64,000 bases of DNA from Kiloniellaceae bacterium (GTDB lineage: Bacteria > Pseudomonadota > Alphaproteobacteria > Kiloniellales > J153). Location of the stretch: NCBI GenBank assembly GCA_021776095.1, contig JAJFGO010000092.1, positions 3,188 to 67,187 of the forward strand. The letters are read 5' to 3'. Below, piece by piece: positions 1-13,196 of this stretch (position 1 is the first letter of the stretch; each line of letters opens with the position of its first letter). A model generated the notes under the pieces. The model searched no databases. It had not been told where the DNA came from and saw nothing but the letters and a program-made list of their open reading frames with translations. Position numbers and translations under genes: made by a program.

Positions 1-342
1 ATCGTCGGACGACGCGAACCCGGCCGGACCGGCGATTTCAACGAAGGCATAGCGCCCGGCGAGCGGCCCCGGCATGTCGAAGGCCGCGTCGGACCAGGGA
101 ATACGCGCGGCACAGGCATTGAGCGAATCCGCCAGACGCCCCGGCACCAGCGTCTCGAGTGCGGCGCCGAGGTCTTCGAGGGCCGGTGGCCGGCCCTGGA
201 TCGGCGGAACCTTGGGCGGCAGACAGGCCCGCAAGGATTCAGCCGCAGCCTGGGCCAGGGGATGACCGGCCGCCCCATAGGCTTCGGCCGCGGCGTCCAG
301 GAACGTCGCCAGGGCGTGGCTCACATTCCGAACTCTGCTCAT
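1..342 (-). CDS. hypothetical protein, N-terminal 114 codons (gene runs off the left edge)
   Basis: ATG at 342-340 (minus) opens a frame that stays open to position 1 (MSRVRNVSHALATFLDAAAEAYGAAGHPLAQ...). Third codon positions are G/C-rich like neighbouring genes. It is divergent from uvrD with a 63-nt spacer. It is absent from the ORF track because no stop lies in the window. No family recognised. Confidence 0.35.
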   Translation of the reverse strand, partial: MSRVRNVSHALATFLDAAAEAYGAAGHPLAQAAAESLRACLPPKVPPIQGRPPALEDLGAALETLVPGRLADSLNACAARIPWSDAAFDMPGPLAGRYAFVEIAGPAGFASSDD

Positions 343-405
343 GGGCGGTCCATTGTCTTGCGGCACCGGGCTTGCGGGGGCATCGCCAGGATATACATTG
401 AAGCC

Positions 406-2706
406 ATGCCCGAATCGACAGATCTCATGGCCGCCGAAATGTCTCCGCCCTATCTCGAGGCGCTCAACGAGGCCCAGCGCCAGGCGGTCGAGGCCTTGGA
501 CGGCCCGGTCCTGGTGCTGGCCGGCGCCGGCACCGGCAAGACCCGGGCCCTGACCACTCGCCTCGCCCACCTGCTGGTGACCGGCCGGGCGACGCCGGGT
601 CAGATTCTGGCCGTGACTTTCACCAACAAGGCGGCGCGCGAAATGCGCGAGCGAGTGGCCGACCTGCTCCAGCGCCCGGTTGAGGGCTGGTGGCTCGGCA
701 CCTTTCACGCCGTCGCGGCGCGCATGCTGCGACGCGACGCGGAGCGGGTCGGCCTGCGGTCCGATTTCACCATCCTCGATACCGACGATCAGTTACGGCT
801 CTTGAAGCAAGTCATGGCGGCGGCCGGCATCGAGGACCGCAAGGCCCCGGTGCGCGCAGTTCTGGGCGTCATTCAAAGCTGGAAGGACCGTGGCCTCGCG
901 CCCAACAAGGTGCCCCCGGGGCAAACCGGCGGCCTGGGCGGCGAGCTGGGCGGCGGACGCCTGGTCGAACTTTACCGGGCCTATCAGGAGCGTCTGGTGA
1001 CCCTGAACGCCTGCGACTTCGGCGACCTCATGCTCCACACCCTGACCCTCTTTCAAACCTGTCCGGAGGTTCTGGAAAACTATCACCGGCGGTTCCGTTA
1101 CCTGCTGGTCGACGAGTACCAAGACATCAATGTGGCGCAGTACCTTTGGCTGCGCCTGCTGGCCCAGGGTCATAAAAACATCTGCTGCGTCGGCGACGAC
1201 GATCAGTCGATCTACGGTTGGCGCGGCGCCGAGGTCGGCAACATTCTGCGCTTCGAGACCGATTTTCCCGGCGCCAAGGTGATCCGGCTGGAGCGCAATT
1301 ACCGCTCGACCGGGCGCATCCTGGCGACCGCGTCGGGCCTGATCGCCCACAACAGGGGCCGCCTCGGCAAAACCCTCTGGACCGAGGACGAAGAGGGCGC
1401 CAAGCCACGGGTGCGCGGCCTGTGGGACGGCGAGGCCGAAGCGCGTTTCATCGGCGAGGAAATCGAGGATTTGCAGCGCCGGGGCCTCGCCCTATCGCAG
1501 ATCGCGATCCTGGTGCGCACCGGTGCCCAGACCCGCGCCTTCGAGGAACGCTTCATCACCCTGGGCCTGCCCTACCGGGTGGTCGGCGGCGCGCGCTTTT
1601 ACGAGCGCCTCGAGGTGCGCGACGCGCTCGCCTACTTGCGGGTTTTGGAGTCGCCCAGCCACGACCTCGCCTTCGAGCGTATCCTGAATAAGCCCAAGCG
1701 CGGCCTGGGCGATGCAACCCTGCGCCTGCTTCATCAGGCCGCGCGGGGCGCCGGGGTCCCGCTCTACGAAGCGGCGCGGCGCTTGATCGAGACCGACGAG
1801 TTGCGCCCCGCCGCGCGCCGGTCCCTGGCCGGCCTGTTGGCAGATTTCGCGCGCTGGCGCGGCCTAAGTGACACCATGCCGCACCCGGAACAGGCGGAAA
1901 TCCTGCTCGACGAATCCGGCTACACGGCCATGTGGCAAAACGACAAGTCGGCGGACGCGCCGGGCCGTCTGGACAACCTCAAGGAACTGGTCAACGCCAT
2001 GGCCGAGTTCGAATCCCTGGCCGGGTTCCTCGAACACGTCGCCCTGGTCATGGAACTGAACGAGGCCGAGGGCCAGGACATGGTCAGCCTCATGACCCTG
2101 CACGCCGCCAAGGGCCTGGAATTCGATACGGTGTTTCTGCCCGGTTGGGAGGAAGACTTATTCCCCAGCAAGCGGGCGCTGGACGAATCCGGCCAGCGGG
2201 CGCTGGAGGAAGAACGCCGCTTGGCCTATGTCGGCCTGACCCGGGCGCGCCAGCGGGCGATTATCAGCTTCGCCGCGAACCGTCTGCTCCATGGCTCCTG
2301 GGCGCCGGCGATCCCCTCGCGCTTCATCGACGAGTTGCCCAAGGAGCATATCGAGGTGGAAAGCGATGCCGGCCTCTACGGCGCGACCGCCGGCGGCTTC
2401 GGTTTCGGCCAGGATTTCGCCGAAACCCAGCCGGGCTTCGCGCCGGCCGGCGATCGTCTGAGCCCGGGCATGGCGCGGGCGCGCCGGCGCGGCGCGCGTG
2501 GCGACAGTTTCATCGAATTGACCGCCCAGACGATCGAGTCCCCCTCCGGCGGCAACCTTGGCCGGGGCAGCCGCGTGTTTCATCAGAAGTTCGGTTACGG
2601 CCAGGTGGCCCACGTGAACGGCGATCGCCTGGACATCGAATTCGACAAGGCCGGGCGCAAAAAAGTCATCGCCAGTTTCGTCGTTCCCGCCGATCAGGCG
2701 GGCTGA
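406..2706 (+). CDS. uvrD: UvrD/Rep/PcrA-type ATP-dependent DNA helicase (DNA helicase II)
   Basis: Superfamily-1 helicase motifs are present: GAGTGKT Walker A, LVDEYQD, VGDDDQSIYGWRGA, RNYRST, TLHAAKGLEF, YVGLTRAR. Homology begins near MPESTDL..LNEAQRQAVE, so ATG 406 is preferred over the track start at 262. Confidence 0.9.
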   Translation: MPESTDLMAAEMSPPYLEALNEAQRQAVEALDGPVLVLAGAGTGKTRALTTRLAHLLVTGRATPGQILAVTFTNKAAREMRERVADLLQRPVEGWWLGTFHAVAARMLRRDAERVGLRSDFTILDTDDQLRLLKQVMAAAGIEDRKAPVRAVLGVIQSWKDRGLAPNKVPPGQTGGLGGELGGGRLVELYRAYQERLVTLNACDFGDLMLHTLTLFQTCPEVLENYHRRFRYLLVDEYQDINVAQYLWLRLLAQGHKNICCVGDDDQSIYGWRGAEVGNILRFETDFPGAKVIRLERNYRSTGRILATASGLIAHNRGRLGKTLWTEDEEGAKPRVRGLWDGEAEARFIGEEIEDLQRRGLALSQIAILVRTGAQTRAFEERFITLGLPYRVVGGARFYERLEVRDALAYLRVLESPSHDLAFERILNKPKRGLGDATLRLLHQAARGAGVPLYEAARRLIETDELRPAARRSLAGLLADFARWRGLSDTMPHPEQAEILLDESGYTAMWQNDKSADAPGRLDNLKELVNAMAEFESLAGFLEHVALVMELNEAEGQDMVSLMTLHAAKGLEFDTVFLPGWEEDLFPSKRALDESGQRALEEERRLAYVGLTRARQRAIISFAANRLLHGSWAPAIPSRFIDELPKEHIEVESDAGLYGATAGGFGFGQDFAETQPGFAPAGDRLSPGMARARRRGARGDSFIELTAQTIESPSGGNLGRGSRVFHQKFGYGQVAHVNGDRLDIEFDKAGRKKVIASFVVPADQAG

Positions 2707-2713
2707 CATCGCT

Positions 2714-3598
2714 GTGGCGGATCGCGGGGGTTCGGCGTGGTGCCTGCGTCTAACGGTGCCGGGCGATGTCGTGTCCAACTTCGAACGGGCGCTCGAGGCC
2801 CTTGAGGGTGCGGTGGCCAGCGGCCTGCCCGATGCGGCGGGCCAGGTAACCCTGGACGCCTACCTCGCGGCGGAACCGGAACGAGCGCGGGTCGTGGCCC
2901 TTCTGGCCGCTGGGGCGCTGGCCGCGCAAATCGCGCCGCCCGATTTCGAGATCGAGCGCCTGCCCGACCTCGATTGGGTCGCGGAAGGGCGCAAGGCCCT
3001 GCCGCCGATCCTGGCCGGGCCCTTCTACCTCTATGGCGCCCACGTCACGGCGCCGCCGCCGCCTGAGACGATGCCAATCCGGATCGAAGCCAGCGTCGCT
3101 TTCGGCACCGGACGGCACGAGACCACGCGAGGCTGCCTCCTGGCCCTGGCGGACATCGAACGCGAAGGGGTGTCCATGGCCTGCGCCCTGGATATGGGCT
3201 GCGGTTCCGGCATCTTGGCCTTGGCCGCGGCCAAGCTATGGGGCTGCTCCGTCCTGGCCGTGGACAACGATCCGGAGGCGGTGCGTCTGAGCGCGGAAAA
3301 CGCGCGAATCAACGGTGAGGCAAAGCTGGTGCGGGCCGAACAGGGCGACGGCTATGCCACCCCGGCGGTTGCCGAGAGCGCCCCTTACGACCTGATTGTC
3401 GCTAATATCTTGGCAGGGCCGCTACAAGCCATGGCGGGTGACTTGATTCGCCATCTCGCGCCCGGCGGCACGGCGGTTTTGTCCGGGCTGCTCTCAACCC
3501 AGTCGCAAGACGTGCTGGAGGCCCATCGGCCGCTGGGCCTGGTTCGCGACTATCCGCTCGGCGATTGGACCACGCTGGTCATTCAAGGGCGCGCCTGA
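2714..3598 (+). CDS. prmA: ribosomal protein L11 methyltransferase
   Basis: Carries the AFGTGRHETT motif and the SAM-binding DMGCGSGILALAAAKLWG typical of PrmA. Start codon is GTG as in the ORF track. Confidence 0.85.
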   Translation: MADRGGSAWCLRLTVPGDVVSNFERALEALEGAVASGLPDAAGQVTLDAYLAAEPERARVVALLAAGALAAQIAPPDFEIERLPDLDWVAEGRKALPPILAGPFYLYGAHVTAPPPPETMPIRIEASVAFGTGRHETTRGCLLALADIEREGVSMACALDMGCGSGILALAAAKLWGCSVLAVDNDPEAVRLSAENARINGEAKLVRAEQGDGYATPAVAESAPYDLIVANILAGPLQAMAGDLIRHLAPGGTAVLSGLLSTQSQDVLEAHRPLGLVRDYPLGDWTTLVIQGRA

Positions 3599-3781
3599 GA
3601 CTCCAACAGGCCTTCTCATCGCGGTCTTCGTTTGCCAATATTGATCCGGCATTAGGCGCACAAGGAGGCTCGATCCGGCACGAACGTGATAGCGATCACT
3701 GCGTGCTTCCTGCACCGGGCCATAACATCCGCGCCGATTCGGGCGGCGGTCGCGCCGCCAACTTAGGGAAGGAGTGAAGAC

Positions 3782-4414
3782 ATGGCCTACATCGATTGGA
3801 TGATCAAAGGACCGAAGATCGCGTCGTGCAACTGCGACTACGGCTGCCCGTGCGAGTTCAACGCACCGCCCACGCACGACGTTTGCGAAGGGCTCGAGGC
3901 CATGCAGATCGACGAGGGGTACTTCGGCGACATCCGACTCGAGGGCTTGCGCTTCGCCGCCGCGTATCGCTGGCCGGGCCCCGTGCACGAGGGCGGCGGC
4001 ATCGTCCAGGGCTTCATCGACGAACGTGCCGACGAGGCGCAGCGCGACGCCCTGATCCAAATCCTGTCCGGCCTGGAGCAGGAGCCGACCACGGCCTTCA
4101 ACATTTACGGCTCGACCATCGAGACGGAGTACGACCCGGTCTTCGGGCCGATCGACTTCGCGTACGACATGGCGGCGCGCACCGGGCATTTCAGTGTCCC
4201 CGGCCATATCGAGATGACGCTCGAACCGATCCGCAACCCGGTGACGGGAAAGCCGCACCGGGCGATCATCGGCCTGCCCGAAGGCTTCGAGTTCCGCGAG
4301 GCCGAAATGGCGAGCGGCACCTTCGCCGGGACGGGCGAGATCAAGTTCGAGAACAGCGGGTGCTACGGCTTTTTGACCGTGGTCGGTTACGGCCCGCACG
4401 GGGTTATCGGCTGA
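3782..4414 (+). CDS. DUF1326 family protein (Cys-rich, unknown function)
   Basis: N-terminal CNCDYGCPCEF cysteine cluster and overall length match my recollection of DUF1326. An SD (ggaaggag) precedes the ATG. It is followed immediately by a DUF2182 gene, the usual partner. Confidence 0.75.
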   Translation: MAYIDWMIKGPKIASCNCDYGCPCEFNAPPTHDVCEGLEAMQIDEGYFGDIRLEGLRFAAAYRWPGPVHEGGGIVQGFIDERADEAQRDALIQILSGLEQEPTTAFNIYGSTIETEYDPVFGPIDFAYDMAARTGHFSVPGHIEMTLEPIRNPVTGKPHRAIIGLPEGFEFREAEMASGTFAGTGEIKFENSGCYGFLTVVGYGPHGVIG

Positions 4415-4446
4415 CCGGCGCCGCCAGATTGCCCAAAGGCGGGCTC

Positions 4447-5283
4447 GTGCGGACGGCGGTCTCGGCGTCGCGCCTCGAAGCCGCCTTGAAAAAGGACCGC
4501 GCCGTCGTCCTGACCGGTCTGGCCGCGGTCGTCGTACTCGCGTGGGCGTACATTCTGGCGGGCGCCGGCATGGGTATGAGCGCGTTCGACATGACCGCAC
4601 TGTCGTCCGCCACCGGCGCCCCCGCGATGGCGGATATGGCCATGGATGCCGCGACGCCGGCGGCTTGGTCGCCCGGCTACGCGCTCCTCATGTTTTTCAT
4701 GTGGTGGATCATGATGGTCGCGATGATGCTGCCCAATGCCGCACCCATGGTTTTGCTCTTCGCGGCGGTCAATAGGAAGCAGCGCGAACGTGGGCATTTC
4801 AACGCCCCGACCGGGATCTTCGCCCTAGGGTATATCGTCGTATGGGGCGCGTTCAGCCTGGCCGCGGTAGCGCTGCAATGGGGCCTGGAGCGCACGGGAC
4901 TGCTGTCTTCGATGATGACCAGCACGAGCATCCTGCTCGGCGGTGCGGTCTTGGTCGCAGCCGGACTTTGGCAACTCACGCCGCTTAAGCACGCCTGCCT
5001 GCGGCATTGCCGTTCGCCCCTTCATGTCCTGTCGCACAACTGGCGTAAAGGGCGCGTCGGTGCCTTGCGCATGGGCCTGGAGCACGGCGCATTCTGTCTC
5101 GGCTGCTGTTGGTTCCTGATGGGCCTGCTGTTCTATGGCGGGGTCATGAACCTGTACTGGATCGCGGGCCTGGCGGCCTACGTTCTTTTGGAGAAGGTCG
5201 TGCCGGCCGGCCATTGGCTCGGCTATGCAACCGGGGCCGGCCTCGTCGTCTGGGGTGGCGTGCTGCTCGCCGCCGCAGCGTGA
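4447..5283 (+). CDS. DUF2182 family predicted metal-binding integral membrane protein
   Basis: Multi-pass membrane protein with MMVAMMLP, CLRHCRSP and GAFCLGCCWFLM motifs. It lies in the 3' part of track ORF 3796..5283. The start is ambiguous: GTG 4447, TTG 4429, or CTG 4411 overlapping the upstream stop. Confidence 0.7.
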   Translation: MRTAVSASRLEAALKKDRAVVLTGLAAVVVLAWAYILAGAGMGMSAFDMTALSSATGAPAMADMAMDAATPAAWSPGYALLMFFMWWIMMVAMMLPNAAPMVLLFAAVNRKQRERGHFNAPTGIFALGYIVVWGAFSLAAVALQWGLERTGLLSSMMTSTSILLGGAVLVAAGLWQLTPLKHACLRHCRSPLHVLSHNWRKGRVGALRMGLEHGAFCLGCCWFLMGLLFYGGVMNLYWIAGLAAYVLLEKVVPAGHWLGYATGAGLVVWGGVLLAAAA

Positions 5284-5303
5284 GTCGCCCAGACAAACGA
5301 AAA

Positions 5304-5330
5304 GCGGCGGCCCCTACTTGGGACCGCCGC
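5304..5330 (-). terminator. intrinsic terminator downstream of the DUF1127 gene
   Basis: The minus strand reads GGCGGCGGUCCCAAGUAGGGGCCGCCGC followed by UUUUCGUUUG. It sits ~35 nt after the stop at 5364, between convergent genes. Confidence 0.6.
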
Positions 5331-5363
5331 CTGGCGTTGTCGGATTATGAGAAGCGAGGTGTC

Positions 5364-6047
5364 TTACGCGACGCCGCGGCGCGATTGGTTGCCGTTGGCC
5401 GGACGCGCGAGCTTGCGATTGGCCAGGTCCTCCGGCACCCAATCCACGTCGCCCTTGACGTAGCCCAGGTCGGTCAGGGTTTCGTGGTTCAAGCGGGCCA
5501 TTTGGCCGGCAGCGACACGGCTGATCTGCCATTGACGCAGGGGCCGGATCGCGTCTTCGGTCCGCCGGAGCAGATCGTGCACCGGCGATGACGCCAAATG
5601 CGACCGGGTGCGCAGCTCGCCCTTGATGGCACGGCCGCTGAGGCCACTGCCCGCCAGGGCACTCTTGGCCGCGACGGTCAGGGCGACCTCCTGAATTTGG
5701 CCGCGCTCGATGCCGATATCGGCCAGCATGCGATCGGACAAACCAGCCAGGTCGCGGGCCGTCCGGGCCTGGGCACCGGCCATCCGCACCTGATCCATCA
5801 GACGAGTCCACAGCGACGCCGCCGGGGCGCCAGTGCCACGCGTGCCAGTCGTCTGGGCCGCGACGAATTCGATATCGCCTCGGGTCAATCCAATGTCGTC
5901 GAGCATGCGGTCGTCCAACCGCTGCAGCTCCCGTCCGGTCCGGCGCTGGTCGAGCTTGCGCGCGATGGCGGCGAGGATCTTGTGAGCGAAGGACGCGTCG
6001 TGGCCGATCTGAATCGACCCGGCGTGTTTTGCAATTGCCTGAGTCAT
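5364..6047 (-). CDS. protein with three tandem DUF1127 repeats
   Basis: RTGRELQRLDDRMLDDIGLTRGDIEFVA (aa 36-63), RTARDLAGLSDRMLADIGIERGQIQEVA (aa 95-122) and a degenerate AAGQMARLNHETLTDLGYVKGDVDWV (aa 179-204) match the DUF1127 signature. An SD (ggagaa) lies 5 nt upstream of ATG 6047. Confidence 0.75.
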   Translation of the reverse strand: MTQAIAKHAGSIQIGHDASFAHKILAAIARKLDQRRTGRELQRLDDRMLDDIGLTRGDIEFVAAQTTGTRGTGAPAASLWTRLMDQVRMAGAQARTARDLAGLSDRMLADIGIERGQIQEVALTVAAKSALAGSGLSGRAIKGELRTRSHLASSPVHDLLRRTEDAIRPLRQWQISRVAAGQMARLNHETLTDLGYVKGDVDWVPEDLANRKLARPANGNQSRRGVA

Positions 6048-6408
6048 AACGGTTCTCCAAAAAAAACGGCCGCCTCTGCAGGTCCTTGACGTCTCGTCGC
6101 TGGCTGCATTTCGGTCTACCTGAAAGATAATCTAGGGCTTTCCCCGGCTAAGCGGCAACGTACATATTGCACTGCAGCAATGCTAAAAGGGCATAACTAA
6201 CAGAATCTTAACCACAATGCCGAGGCTCGGCCGGAGCGGGTTTCGGTGCCAGCGCGGACGTCGGGCGGCGCTGGTCGAATCGCGTGCCTAGGCCTAGACC
6301 GGGCCTCGAAGACCCAGCGCAGAGTCGCCAGCCTATGGGTCGCCGAAAGCGATTCCCTTTCCCCCTGATCTGCTCTAGCCTTCGCGGCGCCAACCTGGAA
6401 GGAAATCC

Positions 6409-8244
6409 ATGACTGCGACGCCAGACCAAGCCCCACAGGAAACGCCGTCGCCCGCGGCACGGATGAACCTGCTGCGCGCGGAGTTATCGCGCCGCGGTCT
6501 GGCCGGCTTCGTCGTGCCGCGCGCGGACGCCCATCTGGGCGAATACATAGGGGCGGACTCCGAGCGCCTGTCCTGGCTAACCGGCTTCACGGGCTCGGCC
6601 GGCCTGGCGGTGGTCATGGAGACCGAGGCGGCGGTTTTCGTGGACGGCCGCTACACCCTTCAGGTCCGCGACCAGGTCGACGGCGACCTGTTCGAGTTCT
6701 GCCATTTGACCGATCAGCCGCCGGCCGACTGGATCGCCGGCCACCTGGCGGCCGGGCAAGTCCTGGGGGTCGACCCCTGGCTGCACAGCGAGCGGCAGAT
6801 CGCGGCCTTGCGCCAGGTGGCGGAAAAGGCCGGGGCCGCCCTGGTGTTGCAAGACGACAACCCGGTCGATGCGGTTTGGGCCGGGCGCCCGGCGGCCTCG
6901 ACCAACCCGGTGGTGGCCCATGCGCTCGAGCACGCCGGCAAGGCGGCGGCCGACAAACGCGCCGAGGTCGCTGAACAATTGGTCGCGCAGGAGGCGGACG
7001 CGGCGGTCCTAACTTTGCCGGACTCGATCGCCTGGCTGCTCAACGTCCGGGGCCAGGACGTTCCCAATTCGCCCTTGCCACTGTCGTTCGCGGTGCTGCG
7101 TGCCGACGCCACGGTGCAGTGGTTCCTAGCCCCCGAAAAGGTCACGGCGGCGCTGCGCGACCATATCGGCAACGGTGTCACGATTCACGACCCGGGCGAA
7201 CTGGGGTCGGCGCTCGACGCCTTGGGCGCGGCGGGTAAGGCGGTGCTGGCCGATCCCGAGACCGCGGCGGCCTGGGTCTTCGCCCGCTTGCAAGACGCCG
7301 GGGCCCGCGTGGTCAAGGGGGCGGACCCTTGTCAGCTTCCCAAGGCCTGCAAGAACGTGGTCGAATTGGCCGGCGCGCGCGCGGCCCATCGGCGCGACGG
7401 ATGTGCGGTGGTCCGATTCCTGAGCTGGGTCGACCAACATGGCGTGGCGCGGGCCAAGGCTGGCGACCCGCTCTACGAGGCCGAGGCTGCCGCGCACCTT
7501 TTGGCCCTGCGCGGCCAAGGCGAGCTGTTTCAAGGCCGGTCGTTCGAAACCATCTCAGGCGCCGGCCCGAACGGCGCCATCGTACATTACCGCCCCGGCG
7601 ACGAGGAGAGCCGGCCGCTCGGCCTCAACGAGATGTTCCTGGTCGATTCCGGCGGGCAATACCTGGACGGCACGACCGACGTTACCCGCACCATTGTGAA
7701 CGGTGAGCCGAGCGCCGAGATGCGGGACCGCTTCACGCGGGTGCTCAAAGGCCACATCGCCTTGGGGACAGCACGGTTTCCCAAGGGCACGACAGGCAGT
7801 CAACTCGATGCCCTGGCCCGCTATCCCCTGTGGCAGGCCGGTCTGGATTTCGATCACGGCACCGGTCACGGCGTCGGCAGCTACCTCAGCGTGCACGAGG
7901 GCCCGCAGCGCATTTCGAAGGTGCCGAACCGGGTCGCGCTGGAACCGGGCATGATCGTGTCCAACGAGCCGGGCTACTACAAGACCGGAGCCTATGGCAT
8001 TCGGATCGAGAACCTGGTGGCCGTGGTGGAAAGCCCCGCCCAAGGGCCCGACGAGCAGGACATGCTGGCGTTCGAGACCTTGACCCTGGCGCCGATCGAC
8101 CGACGGCTGATCGACCCGGGCTTGCTCAACCCGGAAGAAATCGCATGGTTGAATGCCTATCACGCCCGCGTCCGCGAGACCCATCGCGATAGCCTGGACC
8201 CCGAGGCGGCCGCCTGGCTCGATCAGGCGACGCAGCCGATTTAG
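6409..8244 (+). CDS. pepP: aminopeptidase P / Xaa-Pro aminopeptidase (M24B family)
   Basis: C-terminal pita-bread metallopeptidase motifs are present: DGTTDVTRT, HGTGHGVGSYLSVHEGP, EPGYY, IRIEN. The ~600-aa three-domain architecture and an SD (ggaagga) before the ATG also fit. Confidence 0.88.
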   Translation: MTATPDQAPQETPSPAARMNLLRAELSRRGLAGFVVPRADAHLGEYIGADSERLSWLTGFTGSAGLAVVMETEAAVFVDGRYTLQVRDQVDGDLFEFCHLTDQPPADWIAGHLAAGQVLGVDPWLHSERQIAALRQVAEKAGAALVLQDDNPVDAVWAGRPAASTNPVVAHALEHAGKAAADKRAEVAEQLVAQEADAAVLTLPDSIAWLLNVRGQDVPNSPLPLSFAVLRADATVQWFLAPEKVTAALRDHIGNGVTIHDPGELGSALDALGAAGKAVLADPETAAAWVFARLQDAGARVVKGADPCQLPKACKNVVELAGARAAHRRDGCAVVRFLSWVDQHGVARAKAGDPLYEAEAAAHLLALRGQGELFQGRSFETISGAGPNGAIVHYRPGDEESRPLGLNEMFLVDSGGQYLDGTTDVTRTIVNGEPSAEMRDRFTRVLKGHIALGTARFPKGTTGSQLDALARYPLWQAGLDFDHGTGHGVGSYLSVHEGPQRISKVPNRVALEPGMIVSNEPGYYKTGAYGIRIENLVAVVESPAQGPDEQDMLAFETLTLAPIDRRLIDPGLLNPEEIAWLNAYHARVRETHRDSLDPEAAAWLDQATQPI

Positions 8245-8246
8245 CG

Positions 8247-8519
8247 CTAGGCCGCCGCTTCGCCGAAGAGGGCCTTCAAGTAGGCGTGCTGGATGTCGTT
8301 GATGTGGCGCGATATCTCGGCCAGGTCCTGGCCGATCTGCTCTGCCATGGCCAGATCCTCCGATATGAAGAGATCGGTCGGCTCGGCCCATCGCTGGGTC
8401 ATGTGAATCAAGGCCCGATAGGCAGCCCTTTGATCCGGCCGGTCTCCGCCGCCCAAATCCTGGACTTTCTTGAGGATGAATTCGAGGCTTTCTTCGGCTT
8501 TAAGCATTAGGCGCCACAT
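8247..8519 (-). CDS. small hypothetical protein (90 aa)
   Basis: Clean ORF with genome-typical codon usage wedged between pepP and ligA. An alternative ATG at 8507 would start at MLKAEES. No family recognised. Confidence 0.45.
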   Translation of the reverse strand: MWRLMLKAEESLEFILKKVQDLGGGDRPDQRAAYRALIHMTQRWAEPTDLFISEDLAMAEQIGQDLAEISRHINDIQHAYLKALFGEAAA

Positions 8520-8576
8520 CCCTGTCTGGTGGAGGCCAAATTTAGACCCTGAGGGGTAAAAACTTCGTTTGTGTTC

Positions 8577-12358
<3,782 letters not shown>

Positions 12359-12365
12359 GCCGGCC

Positions 12366-13196
12366 TCAGGTAATCGATTTCCAGATCCGGCTAATCCAGG
12401 AGTCCTTGTTCTCCGCCGGACGCAGATCCACGCCCGTCAAGAGCGCGTAGCTATCGAGATACCAGGGGTTGCCGGGAAAATTATAGCCAAGGACGGCCGC
12501 CGTCGCCTGAGCCTCGTCGGCCACCCCGATGGCGAGGTAGCTCTCCACCAGGCGGTGCAGGGCTTCGGGCGCATGGGTCGTTGTCTGATAGTTCTGTATG
12601 ACCGCGCGGAAACGATTGATCGCCCCCAGGTATTCGCCCTTGTTCAAATAGAACCGGCCGATCTCCATGTGTTTGCCGGCCAGGTGATCGCGTGCCAGAT
12701 CGACTTTCAGGGTCGCATCGCGGGCATATTGGCTTTCGGGGAAGCGCCGCACCACCTCTTCCAGGGATTCCAGGGCCATGCGTGTCATCTTTTGGTCCCG
12801 GCCGATGTCCGATATCTGCTCGTAATAGCCGATCGCCCTCAGGTAATGGGCATAGGCAATATCGCGATTGCCGGGATGAAGCTGTATGAAGCGGTCCAGC
12901 GTATTGATGGATTCGTCGTATTTGTTGTCCTGATAGAACGCGAAGGCCGCCATGAGCTGCGCTTTGGAGGCCCAGACCGAATAGGGGTGCTGGCGCTCGA
13001 CCTCGTCGAACAGGCGCGCGGCCTCCACGTATTCGCCTTCGAGCAAGTTGTTCATGGCCTGGTTATAGAGATCCTCGACCGGAAGCTCGACATACTCGGG
13101 CTCGGTGCTCGAACACGCACCTAGCATAAGCGCCAGAACGGCGGCCAAGAGGACCGCACCGCCTGCCCTGGCTTTGGATTGAAGTCGCCCAATCAC
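12366..13196 (-). CDS. bamD: outer membrane protein assembly factor BamD (TPR lipoprotein)
   Basis: Signal peptide with a lipobox (LMLGAC), TPR-like repeats, and the conserved position after lpxC. GTG start with a GGAG SD. Confidence 0.85.
   Translation of the reverse strand: MIGRLQSKARAGGAVLLAAVLALMLGACSSTEPEYVELPVEDLYNQAMNNLLEGEYVEAARLFDEVERQHPYSVWASKAQLMAAFAFYQDNKYDESINTLDRFIQLHPGNRDIAYAHYLRAIGYYEQISDIGRDQKMTRMALESLEEVVRRFPESQYARDATLKVDLARDHLAGKHMEIGRFYLNKGEYLGAINRFRAVIQNYQTTTHAPEALHRLVESYLAIGVADEAQATAAVLGYNFPGNPWYLDSYALLTGVDLRPAENKDSWISRIWKSIT

Noticed and set aside
5284-5363. Looked for CcsR/cuckoo-type repeated sRNA hairpins (CCUCCUCCC loops) downstream of the DUF1127 gene, as described in Rhodobacter
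   Set aside because: Only a single terminator hairpin is present, with no C-rich loop repeats.
6165-6178. TTGC-N6-GCAA dyad upstream of the DUF1127 gene as a possible regulator site; I also looked for an EcfG-type GGAAC-N16-CGTT promoter
   Set aside because: Only 4-bp arms are present, with no second copy. No GGAAC lies at the right distance from the CGTT. This is too weak to call.
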